A stretch of 64,000 bases of DNA from Bugula neritina (GCA_964035545.1 OZ037770.1:2418001-2482000), one strand, 5' to 3'; positions 15,501-28,639 are shown, counted from the first letter of the stretch. Notes: generated by a model from the sequence alone, not told the origin. Numbers and translations are program-made.

Positions 15501-16999
15501 CAACAGAAAGCTCAGTACTTTCAACTACACTGTGACAAATACAAATAAATAAGAATGCAAAAAGTTCACTGCAGTGCAGCAAGATTCTCTAGTTACATAT
15601 AAAATACTTGCAAAGTTTCATAATACCACTATTTGTGCAAGAATATATATGTGAGCATAATACAGGCATATCATTGGAAGAGAGTAGAAAACCTGAGCAC
15701 TAGGTGAGATATGTGAACAAAGAAAAAGATATGATAACTCCAAAAAAGTTGAATAAACAGAATGTTTCAATGCTACTAGTAGAAGCAGAGTTCAGAGGTC
15801 AAGCTCAATCTAAAGAGTCACATGACTAACCCTCTTCAAGAAGTCGCCGGGCAAATCGTACTCTTTGGTTAAATTAGCAAACGTTATCTGACCTCTATCC
15901 TGTAACTGATCATTGATGTCTCCACAAATCTTCTCGATATACGACCTACAAACACACATCTACTCAGTATACGACCTACAAACACACATCTACTTAATAT
16001 ACGACCTACAAGCACACATCTACTCGATATACGACCTACAAACACACATCTACTCGATATACGACCTACAAACACACAACTACTTAATATACGACCTACA
16101 AACACACAACTACTGGATATACGACCTACAAACACACATCTACTCAGTATACGACCTACAAACACACATCTACTCAGTATAACAGCGTATCTCTCGAAGG
16201 GAGGCAGCATAATGGTTAGGACGCTGACATAGTAGTTGTCAGGTCACGGGTTCAAATTCCAGCACGGCATTCGGTGATGTAAGGGAGATAATCCAGATAT
16301 AATTGCATGAAGGGCCGTCAGCTAACTTGAAACCCCCTCACTAAGGGGTTCTCACAGGGACATTGTAAACAACTGTCACTTGCGATTGCGATATTATATA
16401 ATCATACCAGTTTAAAGTATTACAATCTACAGATATTCTGCTTAATCTATTAACCTTTTTTATTATCTGAGCTTGTGAAACATGTCCCAGTTACATAAGC
16501 AGGTGGCAACTAGATGAGTTATAAATCAGACAATATTAAATTATACAGGGAACATTCCTCCAAGAATAAAAAAACCGTTCACAACTCTACCTGTGCCAAG
16601 ATACTTCCCTGCAACTTCCAATTTACAAGGAAATAGCAGAAAGGTGTAAACTGCATCCAACTTACGTGTGAATAATCTGACCGAGTATCATCTGCAGATC
16701 CTCGTCTTCTGCGATGATTCGGGAGGAAGCGTTCTCGATGTGATTCATGTTGACATTCAGTGCCGGCTGCATCTCTACTAGATTCACTCTTCCTGTAATA
16801 TTATATGACATATTAGCTGTAATATTATATGATATATATTATTATATTATCAATAACATATGCAATCTGCAATATAAATACTATATGTAATAGTATTTTG
16901 TTTGTAATATGATACATTACCTGTAATATTATATGATATATGATATATATTATTCATAACATATGCTATCTGTAATATATAAATATATATATAAATATA

Positions 17000-17082
<83 letters not shown>

Positions 17083-18369
17083 TATAAGCAATAGTATACT
17101 ATCTGCTATATATACTATATGTAATATCTACTATCTGTAATGTATTCTTTATGTAGTATATAGGGATAATATGGGAAACACCATTTACGAAACATATATA
17201 TTATTTGTAATATATTTCGGAAATTTGAAGAGACTGTGATAATAGCCAGTGAAATTTTAGATTCAACACTAATTTTTTTAATTGCATTTGTATGCAATAT
17301 CGGTTTAGAACCAAAAAAAAGTATATGCCCAGGCTCTACTGTTATATATCTAAAAGTTCTAGTTTATTCTACAATATCTGTGAATTACTTCTTCAGTTGA
17401 CCTCTCACTGACCTCCGTGAGCTACGACTTCCTCCATGATCTCTTTAGACAGCTCCTCGGGGGTAAGATAACTTTTGCCATCGCTGGTGTAAATCACCTC
17501 TATCAGTCCCAGAGACACGAGCTTGTCGACCAACTCATGGCAGTTCCTCTCAGCTAGTCTGAAAAGTAGTAGTGAATTACTCCCAGCGCCACACGCGCTG
17601 ACTGATGACATTACTCTACTATGCGACGGCAATACTCTTCACAAGTAAAGGGAAGTTTATGATAATAATAGTGACAATCATAGCAAAATTATCAACCATA
17701 AAAAAGTGATAATAATTATAATAGATATCTAGGAATTCTTTTTATTTCATATTAATGATAAAAATAAAACAAACTACTGAGAAATAAGTCTTTGAATAAA
17801 ATAAATAATATCAACTATACTGTTTACTTCATTTGAAACCTAATGAGTAATTACACTCATGCTAAATTTCACAATCATAACGATACTAATATTAGCATTG
17901 CTAATAATAGTATTACTAATTAATGATAGACTTATATTATAATAACATTAACCAATAGTATAAATTTTACTAGGCATCAGTGTTATTATTAATTAGTATT
18001 ACTATTACTATTAGCATTGCGGTTTGAGTCACCCGTCATTTATTGGTAGTGATACTCATAGCCATAGTAAGAGTGATGGTGTGGTGATGGTCCTGGTGAT
18101 ACTCATAGTGATAGCCAAGTTCAACATTCTGAATGACAGAATGAGTAAACTTAACCGTCATTATGTAGTTCACTACTACGTCTACTAGTTGAGTAGTAGT
18201 ACTAGTAGTACTTGAACTCACTACTTTTGGAATTTATACGACAGTAGTAGTACTACTAGTACTACTAGACTACTAGTACTAGTAGCTGTTACCTTTGGTT
18301 AGTGCTAGACAGTTGAGCACGTTGAAAATCCGATGCCAGTCTTTTTATTTCCTCCCATGTAGCTGCCAT
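6563..18369 (-). CDS. UFL1: E3 UFM1-protein ligase 1, complete, 18 coding exons
   Basis: Exons 18293-18369, 17413-17558, 16666-16792, 15831-15945, 15193-15323, 14748-14806, 13943-14080, 12121-12290, 11418-11588, 10162-10276, 9875-10011, 9685-9794, 8929-9098, 8361-8497, 8198-8278, 7847-7938, 7229-7455, 6563-6687; all GT-AG and phase-compatible. Diagnostic peptides: MAATWEEIKRLASDFQRAQL, LAERNCHELVDKL, YTSDGKSYLTPEEL, RHKARIRGIFSALTRP, GGGTQGREVR. Confidence 0.96.
10018..10130. repeat. ~25-bp minisatellite (gctagtatttgctaacagaacacag), 4-5 copies, filling most of UFL1 intron 10
   Basis: Tandem units abut the acceptor at 10012-10013; on the - strand some units read tgttctgttag, resembling the acceptor. 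Confidence 0.85.
12795..13137. mobile_element. ~343-bp MITE, PIF/Harbinger (Tourist-like) type, in UFL1 intron 7
   Basis: ~70-bp imperfect TIRs (gcctagggccatacggtgcgtattttcgcatgcg... / ...cgcatgcaaaaatacgcaccgtgtggccttaggc) with TTA on both sides (12792-12794, 13138-13140). Confidence 0.85.
13225..13935. repeat. 28-bp minisatellite (agagtcaccagtactagtactactagta), ~25 highly homogeneous copies
   Basis: Period 28 (13225, 13253...); ends within ~6 bp of the UFL1 exon 7 donor (13941-13942). Confidence 0.97.
15082..15190. repeat. 19-20-bp degenerate minisatellite (aaggggaaacccaatcagt), ~5 copies
   Basis: Tandem units abut the UFL1 exon 5 donor (15191-15192). Confidence 0.8.
15931..16180. repeat. 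30-bp tandem repeat, 8 copies, spanning the UFL1 intron 3/exon 4 acceptor
   Basis: acgacctaca recurs at 15941, 15971 ... 16151; - strand unit gtcgtatatcgagtagatgtgtgtttgtag. Confidence 0.97.
16200..16330 (+). mobile_element. Degenerate tRNA-derived SINE-like head
   Basis: A-box-like gcagcataatggttagg and B-box-like gggttcaaattcc about 40 bp apart; no cloverleaf. Confidence 0.5.
16974..17081. repeat. (TA)n microsatellite
   Basis: ~100 bp of near-pure TA. Confidence 0.98.
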
Positions 18370-19589
18370 ATTACACAAACTTATAAATTAACGTAGTTAC
18401 TAATTAAAATCTGAAAAAAAATTCAGCAACACTAATACCTAATATTTTACTAGTTATTAACCAAAGGGTTACAGTGTTGTTGCCTGTGAGTGAGTTAATT
18501 ATCCAACTACCGTGGAAATTACCAACTCACAACGGAAATTAGCTTTCACTCGAAAACATAAACACGTGTTTCACTAAGCCAATGAAAATGTCGTGAAATA
18601 GTTTCGAGTGGAACAGCTCCGGCGCTTGTCAAAAGAGAAGACAATATTTCATCACCATAATTACTTCGTACAATAATAGTAATGTTATTGCCTTAGCTTC
18701 TTCTAGCATAAAACCTAATGCTTTTTATGTTACTTTGATTGCCATTAGTGAAGAATTCTGTCAAATCTCTATTCATAGATAGAAATTATTCATTGTTTCC
18801 ATGAAAACAGTGCTGCCTCACAAATGGTAGATATAAAACAAGCTCATATGGTTTGGATAAACAAACAGAGTTACATATCATATGCATCAGCAAAATATCT
18901 TCAAGTACCCTTTAATATTTGTTGAGACTGCAGTGTTTACAGTGTTGCTAATTCTTTTTTGTCTTAATTATTAAACAGCTAAGCTAATATTGAAGTATAT
19001 AGCTGACAAAAACATTCTCGAGCATGATGGCATGATGAAAAAGCAAGCACTAGCCGTAGTTTTTTTTACCAATACACGTTATGCATGCTAATTCAAAAAC
19101 TTTTAGTCTTCTACTGATGATAGCAAGTATGCATACAATAAACATTTACTTCTATTTTCTCCAACAAATGATACTTTAAAAGAACAATATTATTATTGCT
19201 GTAGTTTGTGTACTTGAACCTGAATATATTATCCTTTTTCTCTTTTCAAGTAGTTTTTACCATATTTTTCTTATTAGAACTAGTTTTTATTAATAAAAAA
19301 AATTTATCTACTAGCTATCAACTCTCGACTGAAAAATACAGCTTCACCACAGAATCAATCGATCTTGGTTAAAAAAGAACATAGTTAAAACAATATATAT
19401 TAAAATAATATACTATGATCAAAAAATGAAAATGAGAGCCATAAACATGTAATAAATCCGTGTTTATATTTTATAGACATGGCAGCTGCGGACACTTTAA
19501 TTAATAAGATTAAGTTGTGGATCATATTGAAGATGTTTTGTTGCAGCACCTAATTTATTGACTACACTAGATCAACACAGCCCTGTATA

Positions 19590-19890
19590 CAATTAGTTAT
19601 TCCATGTTTATGAGTCATTGTGGTGAAGTTATTTATGAGTCACCATGTATGTACATCTTCATGACGATGGCCGTCAACCCCTGCACCTCCACACGCATGT
19701 ATGAAGAAAACACATAACCTACACCCTGATCTCTGTCTGTGATAATATATAAAATGGCTTCTTTAGAAAGAGCACACCATGAAGCTGTTGAAGTATAAAT
19801 AAAGCCTTATGAAACACATTTGCTTTTTGTTGACCAATTTACTGCTATGCCTCAGCTAATAGTTTTCTTCAAGTACCACGATATAGGTTG
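19590..19890 (-). pseudogene. Decayed partial duplicate of the 3' end of the TPMT-like gene
   Basis: tttatgagtcattgtggtgaag..ttatgagtcaccatgtatgtacatcttcatgacgatggccgtcaacc parallels 20654-20730 (tttacgagtcattttggtgaag..ttatgagtcatcttgtacatcttcatgaagatggaggtcaaacc); indels break the frame. Confidence 0.75.
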
Positions 19891-20680
19891 AGAATAAGTG
19901 TTTTCTGTGTCTGGGCTTGAAAGAATGCAGAAGTTGTATCTAAGTGTCTATATCTGTTATACTCATTATGTGAGAAGTTAATGCACTTATTTTCTTAGTC
20001 ACATTTCTGAGTGCAATATCAGAATGTGCTTGATTGTAAAGCTGTCAGTTGTTACATAGTGAGTGCAGAACAAAATTTTTACTCTTTCACATACACGCAA
20101 TCCACCTTGTTACAGCAGTCACTGGCTGTTTAAAATATAAATGCCATTTCCAAGGTAGTCAGGCGTCTAGTGAAGATGGCAAATTACTGCATGCTCTAAA
20201 ATGTAAAGCTTGTCTCTTCTCACCCCACAACACATGATACTAATTTGACATTTTCAGTGCTGTAATTTAATTACCTAAGCTGGATGAGCAAAAGGTGTTC
20301 ACTTACCACCTTAAAGCAGTTCGTAACAATTATTTTTCTGATTCTAATTTTCCTAAATATTGCAGTACCTTTTAACTCAACAGGGGTTATGTAGAGCCAA
20401 TATTTATGTATTTGTCGATAAGAGAATACAATGAAGAAAATAGTTACAAGAATATAATATAATCAAAAAATAAAAATAAAGGCATAGAAGTAATAAAGCA
20501 ATGTATATTTTATAGATGATTAAATTGACATAGCAGCACTGATAATATACTTCATCAACTATTCCATTGTTAATGCCGTTGACCATGGTTTGGTTCAAAA
20601 CCTTCTACTAACAGTTGAACACACTTCTAAGTTTAATAATCTGGCAATGTTATTTACGAGTCATTTTGGTGAAGCCATAA

Positions 20681-21466
20681 CTACTTATGAGTCATCTTGT
20701 ACATCTTCATGAAGATGGAGGTCAAACCTCTTGACTTCCACTTTTCAGAATCATAAGCACCCTCAGCCAGGCCATCTCTGCTGTCAATATACTCTACATT
20801 CATCTTATCAAACACAGAGACCAGATCCTCTTTAGTAGCTACTCGAGGTGTCCCTACATACTCCTCCAGGCTATATTCAGGCACCGTAATCAGATGTACA
20901 CCTTCGCTGCTCAGTAGTGAACTTATGAACTTGCTATATCGTGGCCTGTCTTCTAAATTAAGGGCCTCAAACGACCCTCTATCCCATATGATGTCATACT
21001 TTTCTACTGGCAGACTACGGCAATGCCCGGGCTCCCCGGTGAAAGTAAATAGGTCGCCTTGACCTATACACAGCCGGCTGTCTGTCGTTTCGGTAAATAC
21101 TGAGTTTTCGTTCGGCTGCTTTGCTTCCAGATTGTTTTCTTCAAAGAACTCTTTGATTGGCTGAGCAGCATACTCTACACCAACTACTGTGAGACCTCTT
21201 TGATAGAAGTAGTAGATGTCATGGGCCTTACCACACAGAGGGATGAACACCTTCAACTCATTAGCGGCTTTCGTGGGGAATGTCTCTTTTATTATTTTGT
21301 CAAAATGCCTCCAAAGCATCTCGTTTCCATTTGGCTCATGCCATTTCGTGTTTCCTTCCGTCCACCTCTGTTGCCAATCATCTAGAGACCTGGGGTTAGC
21401 ACCGGCATTCATAGTTGTGGTGAAATAAAGATTTTGCCGAGCAGAAGTAAGTGATCTACAAAACAT
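20681..21466 (-). CDS. TPMT: Thiopurine S-methyltransferase family protein, single coding exon
   Basis: WQQRWTEGNTKWH, VFIPLCGKAHD, VVGVEYA, GDLF, YDIIWDRGSFEAL..DRPRY are TPMT-family motifs; alternative start at the Met at ~21410. Confidence 0.92.
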   Translation of the reverse strand: MFCRSLTSARQNLYFTTTMNAGANPRSLDDWQQRWTEGNTKWHEPNGNEMLWRHFDKIIKETFPTKAANELKVFIPLCGKAHDIYYFYQRGLTVVGVEYAAQPIKEFFEENNLEAKQPNENSVFTETTDSRLCIGQGDLFTFTGEPGHCRSLPVEKYDIIWDRGSFEALNLEDRPRYSKFISSLLSSEGVHLITVPEYSLEEYVGTPRVATKEDLVSVFDKMNVEYIDSRDGLAEGAYDSEKWKSRGLTSIFMKMYKMTHK

Positions 21467-24400
21467 GAGACAGAGTATCGCCTGTGAACAATAGTTGATA
21501 AATAAAAACGGATTACCAAGCTCCCATCCTCAAAAATGTTGGTTAAAGCAAAAATTTAAATAATGAGACAAGGTTGTCTGTTTAAATGAGAAAACATTTC
21601 AAGTTAAATCTCAGACTAAACTTGGGAACAATAAAGTCATCAAGCAGGGATGAAAAAGGCGACAAACTTGAATAACTACAACAGGAAATAAGGCTTTAGA
21701 CGATGGTTAATTTAGACAAAGTTTTACAATTGCCTTACACCAATTTCATGTTTTATAATGCTCAGTTTTATAAAATTTTTAACAAACAAAGCAATTGCAT
21801 ACCCACGAAAACCAAATATTTTATAATCAAGCTGAGAAAAAACTACATCTTTGCACCTAGCCTTGATGGACCTAATTTTGCACATTGATGAGAAAATACT
21901 GATAGTAGCATTAGTAGTGATACTCTATTTCAACTAATATTTAGGCCTAGCTTTAGATTTATACCTTGGGCTTAGCAAAGTTGAACACAGCTTGAGATGT
22001 TGGCTAAATTTAGCAAACATACAGCAACTCCTAATTCTGCTTTCAGCCAGTATAAATTCGAGTTTGCTGCAGCTGTGGTAGAGGTAATAATTATCTTTTG
22101 ACACAAAGTGTTGGGTAGCGTAGCAACAAGTTGAAGTTACAGTTCAAATTGAATAAGTGGAGAAAACCTTAGACACTGCAAGTAAAAAATAAAAACAGAA
22201 TTAAGATTGGTGAACTCTTAGAGTTATTCAAACTTAAAAACTAAGTGTTCAGTACACCTATTACTATTAGTATTAGTATTACTATTAGTACTACATATTC
22301 ATATTGATATTGATATATACTTGTTTATCATAAGTAGATTTACAATCATAACCATAATGCTATTCCCGTATGCGTATAGCCTATAGCTAAGCTTAATGTC
22401 ATTGTTTTATTTTTCATAAAATAAATATAAACAAACTGAATCAAAATCAAAATCCTTAAAGTAAGTCAAACTTAAACTAGTAACTGTAAGACTAAGTCTA
22501 ACGTAACTGTAAGACCAAGTCTAAGAGTAAGAGTAAGAGTAAGTGTAACACTAATTACTCTCTCTCACTAAACAGTAAATGCAAGGCAATAAACATACCA
22601 CATCAATGCCAGATTTATTTGTTAATCACACATAACACAACCATGATGATAATATACTATAAATACAACGCTACCTATTAGTTAAACTTAAACTTTAAAA
22701 CTATTGTCATTGTGATCATCTTATTTAATATAACGTCTACTCTTACGGAAATGCTAGGATGCTAAGCTATTACGGCAATGTAAGTGAAAAACAAATATTT
22801 AAAAAAGATACAATAACAAGACAAAACTTGTGTTTTTACTGATTAATAAAATTAAAAATACATTATTTAACATACTACACAAAATGTTCTTTCTAAAATA
22901 TCTCAGCCATATATTCTTCGAATCTTGGCTAGTCGGCTAAATCTACATTCACACTATTCTAAAACTTTAATTATAAACTTTAATTATAAATCAATTAGAC
23001 AAAGTCAATATTGCGTTGCAGTGAATAATTTGGCAAATTAATTAGAAGATTGAAATAAGTTTTCAGCATTTATATTGTTCTACAAGATTTCAAATGATAA
23101 CAGGTCTGCCAAAGCATGCAAGATTGCAATGAGCACAGTTTGGCACAAGAGAACATAACTCCATAGAACATTGACTCCAGCTGATAATACCAAAATAATA
23201 TTATGCTGATGCAGTACTGGGTGAAGTGAAAATTCGTTTCTAGGTTTAAAAGAAATTGACACACAATTGATTTCTCGAATGTAAATCAGAATTCACGATA
23301 ACATAATTGCGCAACTCAGCGCGCTACAGCATTTAAATAGAGTGGCTCAACACTCAATTAATTTAGACAACGCTCACATCAGGGACAGATAACTCCAATT
23401 GATTTGCACAAGAAATAGGAAAGAAAAAGTTGCAAGTGCCAGCACCTACGCACTATTCTGAATCAAATATGTCAAACAAAATTTTATGAATACTTTTAAT
23501 GTGTTCTAGTACTTCAGATGTAATTTGTTGAGTAACTTTTTGATTTGTTTAGATAATTTGCACTATATATCTTCCCATGCTCAAAGTAGCATTTAAACTG
23601 CATTTGCCAAGTATATGAAGCGTAGATTATAAATATGTATATCTCATGCATAAGGCTCAATTATGGCTTGCAAAGATTCCATGTGTAGTTACATTACTCT
23701 AGATTATAATTACTGCCAGCTGTTGCTAATTGACAAACACATTAAGAAATAATGTTATCTTTTTCAGTCTTGTGGGTTTTAGTGTGCACTCAAATTACTT
23801 CATAACACGTAATCTAAATCAACTCCACAAGTATAGTTCAGGTTACAATCATATATTTATACAATAATACACAATCCAAAACTACATTTATCAACACATA
23901 ACAACTACTCAGCAGTGTTTACAGTTTGCCAGTCTACTCATAACTGTTACGCTGGAAATCATCGTAATCATAGTTCATGATTCCTATTGGCGGATTGCTG
24001 TCTCGGGCCATCTTCTGAACACGCATAGTGACCCCGTGCTGCACTTAGAAGGGAATTAATATTTCCCCCTTCTTCGTCATGACCGTAGCTTCACGAGCCA
24101 CCACAATAAAAACTGTGATGAATAACATAATCCTTTAATTTGATGAGATAACCTAAGAAATACAAAATTTAGAATTAAACATCACAAAAATAATCAGATT
24201 TAAAACTAAACAAATTGCAAATACTAAAAACATGTTGATCTTAATATTTAGATGAAGATTACACCAGTTGTGTTCGTGCATAACATAAACAAGTCCTGTA
24301 ATGTTTTCTGGAATTATACTTACCGGTATATAATATGCTAATTTTGGTAAATAAATAGAAAGCTACAAATAAAATTAATGATATAAAACAATTTCAGGAA

Positions 24401-24540
24401 TGAAATACGAATTTTCAATTGAAAAATTTCAAACTGGCTAAAAATTTTAGAACAGTCACATTGTTTGCAAGTCAAATACCTGTGAAGCACAAGACAAACA
24501 AGTTGATAAATTTATCTTGGAGTTATTTTTCATCTTGAAG

Positions 24541-25551
24541 ATGGCAGCCGGTGGACATAGAGCACCCCAGACACCACCCATGTTTCTAGAAAGGTACGGA
24601 TGCATGCGTGAAGCAAGAATTCAGTTTTTGAACCACAATTACCCTGTCAATCACAAGTTTGTATGTGAACTTTACGGCCAAGACAAGAGAACCCCATTGC
24701 ATACAGACATACTTGAGATTGCTCACAAAGACCAGGCCATATGCTCCTACGACTCGGTGTGTGCTGCAGACGACAAAAAAGTCTTCGTGGCTTTTACTGA
24801 AGACACCCTAAATATGAATCAAATAATGCTTATAGATGGCGAATGTCGACGAAGCGGGCCTGGAGGTCATATAACTAACACCAATGACATCTACGACTAT
24901 ATGGATTCACATCGGGTAACTTACATACGAAAACATTGCACTAATCCTACAGCATATACAATTAAAACAACATCGACAGCGTGCGCATCCAGCGTACAGG
25001 AACTCGGAATGATACAGTTGATGAAACCAGACTGTTCCCGGGGAAACAAACCAGAGGTCAGGGTTGAACTCTGCGCTGACACTGACAATGTTGTTAAGGT
25101 GTTGATCCTCTTATTTGCCACCAAGTTAGCCTTCATCGAGTACAAAATTGATGAATTCAAACCAGAATCGGGAGAGAATATTCCGGCGCTCACATCCCAC
25201 TTTCAATCCCTATGCACGGACGTCACAGCAGACCAAAACCCTCACCGCCCCATTATGAGGCCACAAGCCAGACACGCAACGTCATCCGTTCCACTTGGTG
25301 GTCAACAATCGCCGCAAGGGCTATCTCATACTGCTGCTGCCATGTGCCAGTTGAGTATCAACACCCCAGAAGCTGCCGTTGCCTATTGCAGAGGTTTCCT
25401 TGATGGATATACAGCTGCTATGAATCTCAGACAATGCCAAGTGCCCGAGAGTCAGCAGCCAGAAAGACCCAGGGGGCCAGCTGGCTGGTGCCCACCATCT
25501 TCTTCTGATAATGCCTCTAGCGGCCCATCTGCTTTTAGAAAATACAAATAA
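24541..25551 (+). CDS. Intronless unknown-family protein, paralogue 1 (possible scramblase/Tubby-C-like domain)
   Basis: Uninterrupted ORF from ATG 24541 (MAAGG), aligns by eye end to end with 51289 and 52955; AATAAA at ~25666. Confidence 0.85.
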   Translation: MAAGGHRAPQTPPMFLERYGCMREARIQFLNHNYPVNHKFVCELYGQDKRTPLHTDILEIAHKDQAICSYDSVCAADDKKVFVAFTEDTLNMNQIMLIDGECRRSGPGGHITNTNDIYDYMDSHRVTYIRKHCTNPTAYTIKTTSTACASSVQELGMIQLMKPDCSRGNKPEVRVELCADTDNVVKVLILLFATKLAFIEYKIDEFKPESGENIPALTSHFQSLCTDVTADQNPHRPIMRPQARHATSSVPLGGQQSPQGLSHTAAAMCQLSINTPEAAVAYCRGFLDGYTAAMNLRQCQVPESQQPERPRGPAGWCPPSSSDNASSGPSAFRKYK

Positions 25552-26012
25552 GTGACACTTTCATTGAAACCACAAGTTGTTGGAAGTCATAAAATTTTAG
25601 CACTTTTATTATACACTCTGTTTTTTTGGAAAAATTTTTTACAGTCATATTACCTTTTCGTTGCCAATAAAAAACTATCATAAGTTTAAAATTCTCCTTG
25701 CAACATGAAATCCATCGTTCACCATTGACACAACTTTCAACTGGGCTGCAACAAAATAAATTTCATATAAAACAACTATGTAAACATTTCAATTTTACTA
25801 TTATGGATTATTTTGCTAGCTGAACAACTGGTAATATTGATAAACAGAACATTTATGAACAGAAATGATTTGTTTTAGTGAACAAGAAATCTGCAGGGAT
25901 CATCAAAATGATATAAGCGAAACACATGGCCGACCAGGCACGAAATAGTAGGACTTTATTTGATTTTTCAACAAGCGAGTTTTAAAATCTTAACAATGTT
26001 AAAAATAATATA

Positions 26013-27330
26013 GGGGTAACGGGGGCACAACAGTCATAGGGGTACAAAAAGCCGGCCAAATTGTGAGAGAACTTATTGACTTAGAGTTGTGATTTTTTTT
26101 TCATAAAAAGATATTGACATAATTATTCAGCCTTTGTAGTTTCAACACTTGCGGAACATTCGTGTTGAAAAGGCGAGTAAAAAACTGTTTTTACCTACTT
26201 TTTGTAAATTTTTTAGGATGTCGTTGAAGCCTTATAACTTTTTACACTCAAAGGCAAGAAGCCTAGATTTTACTAATATTGTTGCCATTGCTTGCCTCTA
26301 CAATGCTCCACTAGTATAACAGCAAACACTGAAATAAATTTTCCTTGAGGCACATTTATTTTCAATTTGGCCACACGGGGCACAATGGGCCATGCTGACC
26401 GGGGCACAATGGGCCACCCGATTATTGCACCCTGATCACTGTTATTAGTTTGTTTGCCCAAAAAGTTGGCTGAAATGTTACTAAAATCTATAAATATAGC
26501 CATTTCTGACCTTTTTGTAAAATATCAAAGACATCATGGTAAGACTACAAAACTACAAGTTGAAGCTTCCCTAATACATGCATCTGGTGAGGTTAAAGCT
26601 TTGCCATTTTATACATAATACAAAACACTCTGCTGTTGCTACTAGTAGATAGTCATGATAATCATTATATATTACACCATTGAGAGAATATACATGCATT
26701 TGACTGAAATAAATTGTGATTTGCTCATTTGCTCCCCCCTCTCCCTTCCGTACTCCAGTCACAAACCTCAGCCATGTATGCACTTTAGCTACAGTTCATT
26801 GAAAAAAGTTCACTCAGAATTTTGTAATACATTTTAGTAAAGCTTTTTTTTAATAAACGTTGCTCTGAAGTGAAAATAACAAAACATTTTTAGTTTTAAA
26901 CGGTAATAATAATGGCACTGCAGAACCGAGTGACGTGCGTTTGATTTTGCCTTCCTCTGCTATCCGTAGTGGCACAAACTGTACAGCTAAAACATGAATT
27001 TTGCTGTAGATCTGAAAGAGTATCTTTATTTATTTGTACTATTAAATAAATAAAAATCAGATATAACAAAATACGCAAAATTTCAATATATTTGTTGTGT
27101 TCTACCCAGTGGCCCATTGTACCCCGGTACCGGGGCACAATGGGCCAATTTTTTCGTCATGAAAATTTCATTATTCTGAAAGTTGGGAAAGAGATAGAAA
27201 CAACAAACTGGTACCTGTAATACACAACAGATGTAGCATTAAGACTAGAGATTATTGAGCTAGTAACTTGAAAAACAGACGAATTAGAGCAACAAATGCA
27301 AAATTCGGCCCGTTGTGCCCCCGTTACCCC
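26013..27330. mobile_element. ~1.3-kb non-autonomous DNA transposon (TA target; Tc1/mariner/pogo-like)
   Basis: 19-bp perfect TIRs GGGGTAACGGGGGCACAAC / GTTGTGCCCCCGTTACCCC flanked by TA; internal TIR-related motif cggggcacaatgggcca at ~26376, ~26400, ~27131 and inverted at ~27109. No ORF. Confidence 0.88.
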
Positions 27331-27466
27331 TATATGCACATTACCAAGTTAGACCAGAAGCAGGGTAGTCACAGCGACCCAACAGTAAGGATAGCCTGGT
27401 AGATCAGATAAAACAGTATTATTTTGCAGAATAGATAATGCACAGTAACATAATGATAGTTTATAA

Positions 27467-27545
27467 CAGGGGTGTCCAACCTTTCAACACCGAGGGCCAC
27501 TCTGCAAGTTGTAGCTTGAGCCGAGGTTCACAACATTTCTGTTTT
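27467..27545 (+). mobile_element. hAT/Charlie-like terminus fragment
   Basis: CAGGGGTGTCCAACCTTT...GAGGGCCAC is a typical hAT non-autonomous end; the partner end was not found. Confidence 0.5.
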
Positions 27546-27779
27546 TTAAATCAATTTTCAATATTTATTAAGCAGCTGCAGGCTATATGTATTGTAATAA
27601 GCATAACTAGGCTTTGCATGTTTATTAAAATCAAAACATATATATATATATATATATATAGACAATGGACATTTATAACCAACAAGTAACAATATTATTA
27701 TTTTCTCTGTACGAATATTTTATTACATTACCCACAATACTTTTTCTGGTCCTTTCTCTTCTTCTACATACGTAAAATA

Positions 27780-28244
27780 CAAGTCTCACCAACTACAACT
27801 CTACAAATTTCATCTTAATATTTAAAAATGAACAAGGTGACATCAGTCTTTAACTCAACAGTTTATGGACCCAGAAACAAGCTACAATTCAATGGAGACT
27901 CTACATCTTACAAAATTTGGGAAAAACAATTTATACACACTGGACTGCGGCATACACAAAGCCATCCTTCGACTACGAACTTTAATAAGTAGAATAGAAG
28001 AGCATATGCTAAGTGGGTACAAGTGCTAGACAAAAAAGAACTTCCACTTATCATTTAATATTAGCAGCTTCGAAAATAGAAAGTGGAGAATTGTGAACTT
28101 GGGGAAAGGGGCTTAGAGATCATGAAAATAATATTTTCAATTGTTGTTGACCGTTTCAAACAAAACTTGACAAGACAAAAACTGCTAGTTGACTGTGGAG
28201 CTACTTGCAACACCATAAATGACAAAAGCCACTTGACAAGATAT
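27780..28244 (+). pseudogene. Degenerate Copia/Ty1 gag-protease remnant
   Basis: FNGDSTSYKIWEKQF (~27888-27935, Copia gag N-terminus-like) and LLVDCGATCNTINDKS (~28182-28230, aspartic protease motif), with broken frames between them. Confidence 0.65.
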
Positions 28245-28638
28245 TGTGATAGATTTTAGTAATGCAATTCTTATTATATTAATCGAAAAGGTTTACTCTG
28301 TACTGTTTATTATCTTGCGAGTTCCGGAGTGTAATTATGGACAGCAGTGGCACCATTAGTAACCACCTATCAGGACAGTCACACTAATTAACAGCAGGTG
28401 GAGCTAGCTAGTTGCAGCGCGCTGAGTAGCTAGCCGGCAGAGCAGCTTGGGACTTCATCTAGAGTAGTTGTGTATTAAAGCTCACTAATTATGTAATCGT
28501 TTTCTATTCATGCTAGCAGTAAATAACCTTCTTGTATTTGTGTAAATAATAAAGTATCTTATCGTAAACAACCTGGTGCAGTGGCTTTGATTAAGTTGAC
28601 CCACACATAATAATAGTGAACTGGCAAAATTCACTACA
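28245..28638 (+). repeat. 5' LTR (394 bp)
   Basis: TGTGATAGATTTT...AAAATTCACTACA with short imperfect terminal inverted repeats; repeated at 32544. Confidence 0.95.
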
Positions 28639-28639
28639 C

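Noticed and set aside
15884-16210. Repetitive ORFs (SRCVFVGRI)n and (YDLQTHIYSI)n
   Set aside because: Translation artefacts of the 30-bp repeat; the true frame is UFL1 exon 4.
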